Sequence record: NC_049823.1
Length of the DNA: 50,971 nucleotides
Source of the DNA: Escherichia phage herni
Direction: 5' to 3' (one strand)
The position numbers and the translations under genes are program-made. Numbering within the stretch: the stretch's first letter is position 1; each line of letters begins with the position of its first letter. Below the pieces are notes generated by a model. The model did no database searches, was not told the DNA's origin, and saw only the letters and a list, made by a program, of their open reading frames with translations. Positions 1 to 8,694 of the stretch are shown piece by piece.

Positions 1-208
1 CGCCCATTATCCAACAATAATGAATGTTGCCATCAAGCGGCTCACATCCAGCGTTAAGCCAGTTTACTTTCTGGTGAGGAAACGCCATTGATGAATCAGT
101 AGCGTCACGCCGTAACGACCATTTAACGCCGCCAATCTCAATGATTTGTTTAGGCCTCATTCCGTTGAATTGAGTCACGCCAGCGCCATTTTGATTAATG
201 TTTTGCAT
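1..208 (-). CDS. hypothetical protein, N-terminal part only (continues beyond window start)
   Basis: Open minus-strand frame from ATG at 208 (MQNINQNGAGV...) with AGGTGA Shine-Dalgarno upstream; no stop before position 1. Confidence 0.4.
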   Translation of the reverse strand, partial: MQNINQNGAGVTQFNGMRPKQIIEIGGVKWSLRRDATDSSMAFPHQKVNWLNAGCEPLDGNIHYCWIMG

Positions 209-222
209 ATCGGTTCACCTTG

Positions 223-546
223 TTACATTGATTTCATTTTACGCAATGCGCAGATACAAGCGGCAGCAAGATCGGTTAATTCTTTCTCAATGCCATGATG
301 CGAGCCGTCTGCCTTTTCGGTCATTAGCTCTTTGTATTCCATTTCTACAATCGACATTAAGCCGCCTGGCTTGTCAATGTGCGCGTCCCAGGTTTTAGGA
401 TAGTGCTTAGTTCTTTCAATAACACTTCCCATAACTGAATCATGTTCATGATCTCGATCATAATCTCCATCATAGCCATTCCCTCCAATTACTACTCGCG
501 GCAAATGCACGCGCGGTAAATGATAGCCAGCGACACGAATTTTCAT
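223..546 (-). CDS. hypothetical protein (107 aa, His/Asp-rich)
   Basis: ORF track; AAGGGGA Shine-Dalgarno upstream of ATG at 546. Confidence 0.5.
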   Translation of the reverse strand: MKIRVAGYHLPRVHLPRVVIGGNGYDGDYDRDHEHDSVMGSVIERTKHYPKTWDAHIDKPGGLMSIVEMEYKELMTEKADGSHHGIEKELTDLAAACICALRKMKSM

Positions 547-559
547 GAGTATATCCCCT

Positions 560-586
560 TATAAAAAAGCGCCCCGAAAGGCGCTT
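560..586 (-). terminator. rho-independent terminator (minus strand)
   Basis: Hairpin AGCGCC-ccgaaa-GGCGCT followed by a U-run on the minus strand, just downstream of the gene ending at 599. Confidence 0.5.
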
Positions 587-598
587 GATTTATTAGCA

Positions 599-1297
599 TC
601 AGCAACAGCCAGTAAGCGGAGTCTGAGGAGTAGGCAACTTGAAGTTTACCAGTTGCTCGACCTGGTTGATTTTGCAATTCAGTGCGGCGGTCTGGTTTGC
701 CTGAGATAGAGCAAATCGCGCCTCCTGCAACTGAGCTTTCATATCGCAAATCAAAACAGCCTGAGCATCAGCGAACTGTTGGCGCATCAGATCTCGCGTT
801 GCATTGCCTTGTCGCTCAATATTCAGGTTTGTCTCACAGCAACATCTCTCCGCTGCAATCTGTGCCTGATAGGAACGCTCAAGAGCATTAACATCAGCAG
901 CATTAATCGCAGCAACTGTTTGGTTAGTACCGCTAACAATCGCGGTATTCAGTCCGGCGAAACCTTGCACCGATGCAAGCAGGTTTTGCGTATTCTGGCT
1001 GGTAATGCCGTTAAAGGTTGATGCGGCGGAGCGCTCAACGGCAAGGTTTGTTGAGTTTTGGCCTTGCAGAGTTTGCAGCCCCAGGTTGTTTACTCCTGTC
1101 TGGATGTTATTAATACCATCAAGAACAGCGTTAGCACCGACAGCAACAGCCGCACCATCACCACCATAACCACCACGACCATTAAAGCCGTTACCAAACC
1201 ATGACCCAATCAGGCCGCCAACAGCACCGCCAAGACCAGCCGCGCCAGCTTCGCCACCAAAACCACCACCAGTAGGGAGTAAAGTCATATCTGACAT
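599..1297 (-). CDS. glycine-rich hypothetical protein, possibly tail-fibre associated
   Basis: ORF track; N-terminal 60 aa are Gly-rich (GGGFGGEAGAAGLGGAVGGLIGSWFGNGFNGRGGYGGDG), Cys cluster near C-terminus; AAAGAGGAA Shine-Dalgarno; lies directly downstream of the tail fibre gene. Confidence 0.55.
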   Translation of the reverse strand: MSDMTLLPTGGGFGGEAGAAGLGGAVGGLIGSWFGNGFNGRGGYGGDGAAVAVGANAVLDGINNIQTGVNNLGLQTLQGQNSTNLAVERSAASTFNGITSQNTQNLLASVQGFAGLNTAIVSGTNQTVAAINAADVNALERSYQAQIAAERCCCETNLNIERQGNATRDLMRQQFADAQAVLICDMKAQLQEARFALSQANQTAALNCKINQVEQLVNFKLPTPQTPLTGCC

Positions 1298-1432
1298 AGT
1301 AAATTCCTCTTTGACGTTAAAAAATTAAAAAAAAAGTTTGCAACATTTATGTTACGACAAAGAGTATGCGACCAATTATCATGAATAGATATAAAATATT
1401 TGTAAGCGATATGTAAGCAACTGGCATAAAGA

Positions 1433-1461
1433 CGAAAAAAAAGCGCAGCATGAGCCGCGCC
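1433..1461 (-). terminator. putative rho-independent terminator after tail fibre gene
   Basis: Imperfect GC hairpin (GCGCAGC...GCCGCGC) followed by eight U on the minus strand. Confidence 0.4.
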
Positions 1462-1477
1462 TTTTGATTATTTTTTG

Positions 1478-2995
1478 TTAATTATCAGAAGTTTTATTCT
1501 TGTTGATCAAAGCAGAAACAACATCTTTCAGATCTTCAACCTCCTTTTCAAGATTTGAAACAATCTCTTTAAGTTCGCTAATCTCATTCTCAAGAGCTAA
1601 TACCTTGTTAGAGCTGTAAACGAATGCAGAACACAGATCCATCAACAGAACGTTACTATCGAGAGACAGCACATCGTCGGTGTATGCAACCTCCTTCCGC
1701 TCTACCACAACCTCGTTTCCTTCCTCGTCCACGCCCATAACATCCTCGTAGATGGCATACCCAGGAAGCAGGTGCACATACTCTTGGTCAATACTTACAA
1801 GATCCTGAGCGATAAGGCCGTATCGCTGTACGTCAGAATCCTTATACTTGAACATTGCCGGACGCCATTGTCGAACGCGGTTGTAGCTTTCCTCGCCGTC
1901 CGTGTATTGGATTTCTTTTTTAAGGTCGCGGTCTGATAGCGGCGCTTTCTGGAACTCGTTAACCGACGGGTTGACGCTGTTACCGCTAATAAGCCTTTGG
2001 TCTGGCAAGAAGCGGAATAGTGCCTCTGTAAATCCATCCTTCCATACGTGGACTCGGTAGTCTGATAAGTGGGTATCCCTGCCCCTTACCAAGCCAGATC
2101 GCGTCCAATCCGTGTACCACTTATGAATCGTCTGCCCAACCCAGCTATCAATTCCGAAAGACGCGTTGGACAGAATCAAACCGTTACGCTCAACATCATT
2201 GAAGACTAGCGATTCACCCCCGTCTAGGCGTAGTGATGCGTGCTTAACGTTATTATTATCACCAACCCCAAGATTAGTGCGCGCCGCCGCTGCCGTTGTT
2301 GCCGCAGTGCCGCCTTTCTCGATTGGAACGGTGTTCTCCGTAGCTACGGACCCCAAACCAAGATTAGAGCGTGCCGCAGATTTATCAGTTATCCCAACCA
2401 GGTTGCCGGATTTGGTTAGCAGGTTGTCGGGATTTACGCTTTGCGCCCATTGTTCGGCGTTAATTTCAGATTGCTTGGCGTTGACTTCAGAGGTTTTAGA
2501 TTTTGTTTCCGATAGCTTTGCTGCATCCTCAGATGCTTTAGCTGCATTCTTCGATACAAGTGCTTCCGACGCTGAATTGCTTGCGTTAGTCTCAGAAGTC
2601 TTCGCGGCGTTTTCCGCCACCTGATCAACCATCGCCTTAAACGCTTCCCAATCAAACGTTTTGAAAAATTCAATAGCTTCCTCGATCTGAGTTTCTTTGC
2701 TTTGATAGTAACGCAGCGTTTCCGCAACATCTTGCGCCAGGCCATCAACAGTGATTGAGTCATGCAGCAAAATAATGTAGTTGCTTCGCCCAATTTCAGC
2801 GCCGCCAGTTGTGATGGCGCGGATTTGTGTATCGCTGATAACTTCACTGATCACAGCCGCTTGGAATGGTGCATCAATGAAAAAGATTGTTGCACCAGGA
2901 CGAATGAGCGTTAGTTGCTCTCGCCATTTCGTTTCGTATCCAGTTATATAACCTTGAGCGTCCATTGACGCCTGTCCGGTTCTGTAAATTGCCAT
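1478..2995 (-). CDS. tail fibre protein with C-terminal intramolecular chaperone (peptidase S74-like) domain
   Basis: C-terminal SDRDLKKEIQ...RYGLIAQDL matches the conserved S74 chaperone signature, followed by a coiled-coil tail; start chosen at MAIYRTG (ATG 2995, GGGAGA Shine-Dalgarno) instead of the track start 3094 that reads through the intergenic terminator. Confidence 0.75.
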   Translation of the reverse strand: MAIYRTGQASMDAQGYITGYETKWREQLTLIRPGATIFFIDAPFQAAVISEVISDTQIRAITTGGAEIGRSNYIILLHDSITVDGLAQDVAETLRYYQSKETQIEEAIEFFKTFDWEAFKAMVDQVAENAAKTSETNASNSASEALVSKNAAKASEDAAKLSETKSKTSEVNAKQSEINAEQWAQSVNPDNLLTKSGNLVGITDKSAARSNLGLGSVATENTVPIEKGGTAATTAAAARTNLGVGDNNNVKHASLRLDGGESLVFNDVERNGLILSNASFGIDSWVGQTIHKWYTDWTRSGLVRGRDTHLSDYRVHVWKDGFTEALFRFLPDQRLISGNSVNPSVNEFQKAPLSDRDLKKEIQYTDGEESYNRVRQWRPAMFKYKDSDVQRYGLIAQDLVSIDQEYVHLLPGYAIYEDVMGVDEEGNEVVVERKEVAYTDDVLSLDSNVLLMDLCSAFVYSSNKVLALENEISELKEIVSNLEKEVEDLKDVVSALINKNKTSDN

Positions 2996-3052
2996 GCGTT
3001 TTCTCCCATGTTGCATGTTAATGTCAATGCAGATAATAGCATTTGATAAGGC

Positions 3053-3077
3053 AAAAAAAAACCCCGCAATGCGGGGT
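3053..3077 (-). terminator. rho-independent terminator after primase gene
   Basis: Hairpin CCCCGCAATGCGGGG followed by nine U on the minus strand. Confidence 0.6.
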
Positions 3078-3094
3078 AAAAGTAGCAGTGACAT

Positions 3095-4027
3095 TTAGAG
3101 AAGAGATTCAGGTTTGTAAACCTTCCTCTCTATCCCTTGCCTGTAATTATCATTAATCGGCATCATAATTTCAAGACCTCTTTCCTCAGCAGCAATGATC
3201 GCGTCACGGTCTGTACTCTTACAGACAACTCGCATTCTTCTGTTGCCTTTATACCTGTAAGCTACAATCTCAATGTTAGTTGCATCAAAGCAGGCCCAAA
3301 CCTCTTGACCAGTTGCAAGGTGAATATGTTGCGCATCAATCCAGTCAACGCAAAGATAGATCGTCTTATCTGTGCTTCCTGTTCTCACAATTGACCCGCG
3401 CGTGTAGTCCTTTGCGAGAAAAGACTTATTACCTTCTTCATCAATGAAAAGCACATTGCACATTTCATCATCAATTTCATCTGAATGTACCAGGTAACAT
3501 GGGAGCGCGTGAATGTATCGACCATCTTTAACGCCGCATTCATAATGACCATCTTCAGGCGGGTATATTCCTTCATATGTGCTTAACGGCGTGCGATCAA
3601 ATTTTAGTGTTTTTGACATAACGCGCTCGCAGCATTCATGGCTTGCCTGTTTCCCAAATGAATAACCAGAATCACGAGATACTCGCTTATTTGCCTTGAT
3701 TCTATAGTCCTGCGGAACTTTTCCAAGAAAGCGGCCCAAAATATTGATCACTTCGCTGTAAGGTTCTCCGGTTAGTTTCATGATCCAACCAATTCCAGTA
3801 TCATTACCGCACACGTTGCAGATCGCACCGCCATCGCCTTTTTTATCGCAAAGTTTATCCGTCCACCTGAAGCGATCCTTTCCGCCGCAGTGGGGGCAAG
3901 ATTGATGCTTGCCGTTAAAAACTTCATTTGGAAGACCGCAAATACTTTGTAGCGCCTCACGCCATAATCCCTGCATATATGGGAGAACATCTTCCTTTTG
4001 ATAAACCATAAAGTTTTCGTTATTCAT
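3095..4027 (-). CDS. putative DNA primase (zinc-ribbon plus Toprim-like)
   Basis: CPHCGG...CNVCG zinc-ribbon near N-terminus, acidic DxD-like motifs downstream; start at MNNENF (ATG 4027, GAGGTG Shine-Dalgarno); sits beside the helicase locus. Confidence 0.5.
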   Translation of the reverse strand: MNNENFMVYQKEDVLPYMQGLWREALQSICGLPNEVFNGKHQSCPHCGGKDRFRWTDKLCDKKGDGGAICNVCGNDTGIGWIMKLTGEPYSEVINILGRFLGKVPQDYRIKANKRVSRDSGYSFGKQASHECCERVMSKTLKFDRTPLSTYEGIYPPEDGHYECGVKDGRYIHALPCYLVHSDEIDDEMCNVLFIDEEGNKSFLAKDYTRGSIVRTGSTDKTIYLCVDWIDAQHIHLATGQEVWACFDATNIEIVAYRYKGNRRMRVVCKSTDRDAIIAAEERGLEIMMPINDNYRQGIERKVYKPESLL

Positions 4028-4083
4028 ATGCACCTCAAACAAAAAAAGCCTGACAGATGATAACATCATTCCAGGCATTGTTT

Positions 4084-4557
4084 TTAGCAATTAGTGCTTT
4101 CAGGTTTATACAGGAATCCGCCAGGTTCATAATCTGACATTCTTACCACTCGCAACATTTCACGCTTATCACATCTCTTTGTGAGCGGTTTGCCATTGGA
4201 ATCAAATCGCAGGTCTGGACGACAGAATGATGCGCGATAGCCTTGACATCCATATTTTTTGTAATCGTTATGCACCTTTTGAGCGCCAGCGGCTGAAATC
4301 ATACCACGAACGCGCCACTGATTTACAGTTTGCTGGCTAACGTTAAGACGTTTTGCCATTGCTGACACGCTTCCGTAATACTCAATAAGGATGTCAAGTC
4401 GCGCTTTTAGTCCGGCGCGCACTTCATCTTTTAAAACATAGTATCCCGTAGGGCGCTTGCGCTTCTTCTTGTCCTTGCCTCTTCGAGTTCCGTTATTGCC
4501 ATTAATTGTTCGCTTGTCAATCTTTCCTGTTGATACTGCGATTCGTTGCTCTTTCAT
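4084..4557 (-). CDS. helix-turn-helix DNA-binding protein
   Basis: ORF track; predicted HTH segment AKRLNVSQQTVNQWRVRGMIS; very basic N-terminus; GGAGA Shine-Dalgarno. Confidence 0.55.
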   Translation of the reverse strand: MKEQRIAVSTGKIDKRTINGNNGTRRGKDKKKRKRPTGYYVLKDEVRAGLKARLDILIEYYGSVSAMAKRLNVSQQTVNQWRVRGMISAAGAQKVHNDYKKYGCQGYRASFCRPDLRFDSNGKPLTKRCDKREMLRVVRMSDYEPGGFLYKPESTNC

Positions 4558-4570
4558 TATTCATTCTCCA

Positions 4571-4616
4571 ATAGCATTTTTTGTTAAACGATGATTTAAT
4601 GATTGTGTATTATACA
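4571..4616 (+). promoter_or_regulatory. conserved intergenic motif copy (ATAGCATTTTTTGTTAAA) plus ATTATA hexamer 22 nt downstream
   Basis: Matches the repeated motif; co-oriented with the helicase gene. Confidence 0.4.
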
Positions 4617-4646
4617 CACCAAATGGCATTACTCAAAGGTTTTAGA

Positions 4647-6686
4647 ATGATTCCAAACATTGAAAAGCAAATATCAGCACTTGGTGAAGCGGTAATTAAA
4701 TCCATTCAGGAGCGATTCACTGTTGGAGAGATTGTGCCTTACCCTTACCAGTGCGTTGCATACGCTGAGATCGCAAAGCGTATGAAAAATTATGAGCATC
4801 CATTCTTTGTTAAAGCGTCCGTATCGGCTGGCAAAACATTGATGTTTGCAATGGTTGCTCACCAGTGCCGGAAAATGGGCTTGAAAATGATGGTCCTTGC
4901 TCGCCAGGCTGAGATTGTGGATCAGGATTCTGAAGAGATAACAAATATTGGTGTGCCGAACTCCATCTATTGTGCAGGACTGAAGACAAAAAGCGCATAC
5001 TTTCCGATCGTTGTTGGTTCTGAGGGAACTGTAGTTAATGGACTGTTTAAAGCGCTTGGCGACTATGTTCCGCACGTTATCGGGATTGACGAGTGTCACC
5101 AGGTGGATTGGGAAGACCTTGCCGACGCAATAGAGAAAGACGAATCATTTTTACAAATGACGACGAAGAAAGGCGAAAAAGTACCAAATCCAGATTATGA
5201 CATAACGAGCGATAACGAATGCGAAGAGTTCCTGATTGGTGAGGATGGCTTACCAATGGAGGGAACAGGCCGCACGCAATACACTGTTATTATCATGGAA
5301 ATGATGCGACGTTGCAGGAAAGCATATGGTCATGAACTGCGCATCTTTGGTATGACTGGTTCGGAGTTTCGCGGAGTAGTCCCGATCCTAGTAGAAGACA
5401 AAAAACAGAAAGGATTCTGGCGTGAACAGGTTACTAATATTGACACCAACTACCTGATCAAATTCGGTTCTGTTGTGCCAACAAATTTTGGCGACGTTGG
5501 CGATCTAGGGTATGACCTTTCAGAGTTTGAGGCATCCAGCGAGGATGGCGTCGCAGACTTTGACGCTAAAACGCTTCGCAGGATGGAACAAAAAATTCAT
5601 GAAGAAGCGACCATGACAAAGCGCATCATGGCGAAAGTTCACGAGATCTGTAAAAACCGTAACGGCGTACTTGTGACATGTGCAGGAGAAAGGCATTGCA
5701 AAGAGGCAGCGGCGGCATTGCCACCTGGAACGACTTACAGGATCATTACTGGTAAGACTGGCGACAACCAGCGCAAGGAGTGGTTGAGGGAAGCATACGA
5801 AGGGAAGGTAAAATACATCTTCCAGGTTCAGGCGCTAACTACTGGCGTTAACGTGCCGTTTTGGGATACGTCTGTTATTCTGCGTAAGATTGGATCGCTA
5901 ACTTTGCTGATTCAGCTTTTAGGACGCGGAATGCGACTTCTTAAGAAATGGCATAAGGAACAAGGCTTCAAGAAAGATGATCACCTGGTTATGGATTTTT
6001 CAGGAACGATGGACGAGTTAGGTGAGCTTTATTTTGATCCGATACTGGAACAGGCGCAACATCAGAAGCGATTCAGGAACGGTAAAGATCCGAAGCCTTG
6101 TCCTGTTTGCGGAACTCTTAATAGCTATTATGCTCGTCGTTGTATGCACGTAGACGAAAACGGCAACAGATGCGAGTGGTTCTTTAAATTCAGGACATGT
6201 GATGATCAGATTGACACGCGCACTAAAAAGATTATTCAGCGCGGTTGTGGAACGAAAAATGATATTGCGGCCAGGGTATGCAGACATTGCGACATGTCAT
6301 TGATTGACCCTAACGAGAAGTTAAGCGGAAAGCACTACACAAAAAACGACTGGTTTCAGGTGCAATCTTTCTCGGTTGACATGACGAAAAACCAGAAAGG
6401 GATAATATTTAATTATGAGCTTTCCGATGGCATAGACACTTTCAGGGCGAGAGAGATATTTTTCCCTGAATCTGAGAGCCAAATTTGCCGCGCAAAATGG
6501 CGAAGCGTTGCTCTTAAGCACATACCAGATCGCCGTGTTGCTGGCATGGTGGCGAGCTATCGTAATGCACGTAAAATCATGCAATATGTGAATCACATCA
6601 TGCCACCATCGCGTGTAACTCACCGCAAGACTAGCAAGGGTGAAGATAATTTGTACAAGAAGGACTTTAATTATGGCAATGACTGA
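4647..6686 (+). CDS. superfamily 2 DNA helicase with C-terminal zinc-ribbon region
   Basis: Walker A SVSAGKT, DExH box IDECHQ, C-terminal CxxC pairs; start ambiguous (ATG 4623 with no Shine-Dalgarno, or ATG 4647 with AAAGG; track start TTG 4581 lies inside the upstream motif). Confidence 0.7.
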   Translation: MIPNIEKQISALGEAVIKSIQERFTVGEIVPYPYQCVAYAEIAKRMKNYEHPFFVKASVSAGKTLMFAMVAHQCRKMGLKMMVLARQAEIVDQDSEEITNIGVPNSIYCAGLKTKSAYFPIVVGSEGTVVNGLFKALGDYVPHVIGIDECHQVDWEDLADAIEKDESFLQMTTKKGEKVPNPDYDITSDNECEEFLIGEDGLPMEGTGRTQYTVIIMEMMRRCRKAYGHELRIFGMTGSEFRGVVPILVEDKKQKGFWREQVTNIDTNYLIKFGSVVPTNFGDVGDLGYDLSEFEASSEDGVADFDAKTLRRMEQKIHEEATMTKRIMAKVHEICKNRNGVLVTCAGERHCKEAAAALPPGTTYRIITGKTGDNQRKEWLREAYEGKVKYIFQVQALTTGVNVPFWDTSVILRKIGSLTLLIQLLGRGMRLLKKWHKEQGFKKDDHLVMDFSGTMDELGELYFDPILEQAQHQKRFRNGKDPKPCPVCGTLNSYYARRCMHVDENGNRCEWFFKFRTCDDQIDTRTKKIIQRGCGTKNDIAARVCRHCDMSLIDPNEKLSGKHYTKNDWFQVQSFSVDMTKNQKGIIFNYELSDGIDTFRAREIFFPESESQICRAKWRSVALKHIPDRRVAGMVASYRNARKIMQYVNHIMPPSRVTHRKTSKGEDNLYKKDFNYGND

Positions 6687-7092
6687 TAAAGGCGATTATC
6701 TGGAGTTTTACGAAAGAGATCCGACGGATACGCTAAAAGAGGAATCACACCAGATCGGGGCGTTTCAATGGTTGACTTATGCTTACCCTGAATTGCTGGC
6801 ATGGCATACGAAAAACGAGGGCGACAAGGGGATCGCCACCGCAATGATGGATCAGCAAGCCGGACTCGTTAAGGGCGTAAGTGATTTTATCATCCTGATT
6901 GGATTAAAAGGCCGTTATCCGTTTGCAGCAATTGAGATGAAGCGCGTCAATAAGTCTGGAAAGGGTAAGGCTTCACCAGTCAGTAAGGAGCAAAAAGCCT
7001 TCTTACGACGTGTGCGCGAGCTTGGCGGATTCGCTGCCGTAACATACGGATATAAGCAATTCATGATCGCTGTAGAATACATGATGAAATAG
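6673..7092 (+). CDS. VRR-NUC domain nuclease
   Basis: PD-(D/E)XK-like core GVSDFIIL...IEMK; start at MAMTDKG (AAGGA Shine-Dalgarno) overlaps the helicase stop. Confidence 0.55.
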   Translation: MAMTDKGDYLEFYERDPTDTLKEESHQIGAFQWLTYAYPELLAWHTKNEGDKGIATAMMDQQAGLVKGVSDFIILIGLKGRYPFAAIEMKRVNKSGKGKASPVSKEQKAFLRRVRELGGFAAVTYGYKQFMIAVEYMMK

Positions 7093-7132
7093 CACTTTTT
7101 GTTAAAACAGGCGCGAAGGATTGCGCCATAAT
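7087..7132 (+). promoter_or_regulatory. conserved intergenic motif AAATAGCACTTTTTGTTAAAAC, hairpin GGCGC-n8-GCGCC, CATAAT
   Basis: Motif contains the TAG stop of the upstream gene; ATAAT-like hexamer lies about 35 nt upstream of the Dam gene start. Confidence 0.45.
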
Positions 7133-7166
7133 AACACCAGTTCAACAAGCAACAGGTAATTAAGAA

Positions 7167-7868
7167 ATGATCAAAGAAACCGAAGTGACATTTGAACAAA
7201 TCGAACGAGAAACATTCATTGGCAATGCTCTTGCTACCGGAGGCTATTACCAGGCTGTTAAACCAAATCAATATTATAAAGTCACTGGCAACCGCTATAA
7301 CGGCAGCAATACGCCGGACGTTGTGCGAGATTTGTGGTCTACGCCGTCTGAGCTTGTCGCATGGATGGAAATCGAATACGGTGATTATGACATCGACGCT
7401 GCGGCAAGCAAAGAAAATGCTGTATGTGAAAAATTCTACAGCAAGGAAACAAATTGCTTAAAGCGTTGGTGGGGTAGTAATAAGCATATCTGGCTGAATC
7501 CACCGTACAGCAATATAACGCCTTTCGTTAAGAAAGCGATTGAGCAAATGGAGCACAATAACCAGATCGACATTCTGTTACCTTGCGACACATCGACAGG
7601 ATGGTTTTATGAGGCACAACAGAAAGCAGCGGAAATAATCTGGATCACTGGCGAAGTTTACCAGGAGGAAGGAATAGAATATTCCAGAACTGGACGGCTT
7701 GCTTTCACTTCAGCGCTTACAGGTAAACCAGTGCAGGGAAACAACAAAGGAAGCGTTATTTTCATCATGCGCGAACTTAAAGAAGGTGAGCAGCAGAAAA
7801 CTCGATACGTTAAGATCAGCGACATTTGCCCGTCAGTGGCAGAGCGTCGAGCAAGAAAGCGGAGTTAA
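7167..7868 (+). CDS. dam: phage Dam-type DNA N6-adenine methyltransferase
   Basis: WLNPPYS catalytic motif (NPPY) and overall phage Dam-family layout; AGGTAA Shine-Dalgarno. Confidence 0.75.
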   Translation: MIKETEVTFEQIERETFIGNALATGGYYQAVKPNQYYKVTGNRYNGSNTPDVVRDLWSTPSELVAWMEIEYGDYDIDAAASKENAVCEKFYSKETNCLKRWWGSNKHIWLNPPYSNITPFVKKAIEQMEHNNQIDILLPCDTSTGWFYEAQQKAAEIIWITGEVYQEEGIEYSRTGRLAFTSALTGKPVQGNNKGSVIFIMRELKEGEQQKTRYVKISDICPSVAERRARKRS

Positions 7869-7872
7869 TATC

Positions 7873-8112
7873 ATGCAGAAAGAAAGAAGCGTTTATTTAA
7901 ATGAAACTGGAGAGTGGTTGTTATTTCGCGCTATGGTTTGCGAGGCGCTTGATAAAAACGAGTTCATAAAACCGCTATTAGGTTGTGATCCGTGGGAGTT
8001 TACAAGCGCGCTTGATATGAGCTTTGAGGAAACAAGAAAACTACCGCTTGAAAAATGGCATGAGCAGATCGGTAAAGACTTGCAAGAGTTTTACGAATCC
8101 GCGACAAAATAG
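7873..8112 (+). CDS. hypothetical protein (79 aa)
   Basis: ATG 7873 with GGAG Shine-Dalgarno; track ORF 7699 overlaps the Dam gene; stop embedded in the next motif copy. Confidence 0.5.
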   Translation: MQKERSVYLNETGEWLLFRAMVCEALDKNEFIKPLLGCDPWEFTSALDMSFEETRKLPLEKWHEQIGKDLQEFYESATK

Positions 8113-8155
8113 CACTTTTTGTTAAAAAGCCCGGCCCTGTGTCGGGCATAATTAT
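8107..8155 (+). promoter_or_regulatory. conserved intergenic motif, hairpin GCCCG-n9-CGGGC, ATAATT
   Basis: Motif copy; co-oriented with the gene at 8185. Confidence 0.45.
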
Positions 8156-8184
8156 TTCATCAAAACGAACAAGAGGAAAACAAA

Positions 8185-8364
8185 ATGGTTGTTTACGATC
8201 CACGCGCTTTTAAAATTGCTCAAGAAGTTTCACGCGAATCTGTTGCTGGCGGTTCGGTTAACGGCTATCAGTTTGATTGGTCGGCAGCAATGACCTTGCT
8301 TAAGGTTGCATATGGTCACGCGCCAATTGAAACAGCGGAGGCATATTATAAGCATGAAGGTTGA
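8185..8364 (+). CDS. hypothetical protein (59 aa)
   Basis: ATG with GAGGAAA Shine-Dalgarno; below the ORF-track size cut-off, found by reading. Confidence 0.4.
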   Translation: MVVYDPRAFKIAQEVSRESVAGGSVNGYQFDWSAAMTLLKVAYGHAPIETAEAYYKHEG

Positions 8365-8596
8365 ACAAGGTAGGCAGGCTGTATGGGATCACGCAAAGGA
8401 ATGTGGGATCTCTGAAGACATAGCCAGGATAGCAAAATATTTTGATATTGCTGACATAAGCATTATAAGCGGCGACAAAATGACTTTTCTCAATGAACGC
8501 CCGCGCAAGATGCATCGCGTCCCAGCAATACCAACAAAGATTGATTTCAAAGAGGCTATGGCGAAAATTCGCGAGCCGCGCAAATACTACAAATGA
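8354..8596 (+). CDS. hypothetical protein (80 aa)
   Basis: ATG 8354 (MKVEQGRQ...) preferred over the track start 8306, which would overlap the previous gene by about 60 nt. Confidence 0.45.
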   Translation: MKVEQGRQAVWDHAKECGISEDIARIAKYFDIADISIISGDKMTFLNERPRKMHRVPAIPTKIDFKEAMAKIREPRKYYK

Positions 8597-8607
8597 GGAT
8601 TATTATC

Positions 8608-8682
8608 ATGTGGCGTTTGTTACTTTTGCCCTTACCTGTTATGATGGCGATCTCTATTGTATATGTTGTCATAATGAGATAA
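8608..8682 (+). CDS. possible 24-aa hydrophobic micro-protein
   Basis: MWRLLLLPLPVMMAISIVYVVIMR; GAGGA Shine-Dalgarno 8 nt upstream. Confidence 0.25.
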   Translation: MWRLLLLPLPVMMAISIVYVVIMR

Positions 8683-8694
8683 GGAGAATTTTTG

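Noticed and set aside
4581-4646. Helicase start at the track's TTG 4581
   Set aside because: This start lies inside the conserved upstream motif and hexamer; a start at ATG 4623 or 4647 is more plausible.
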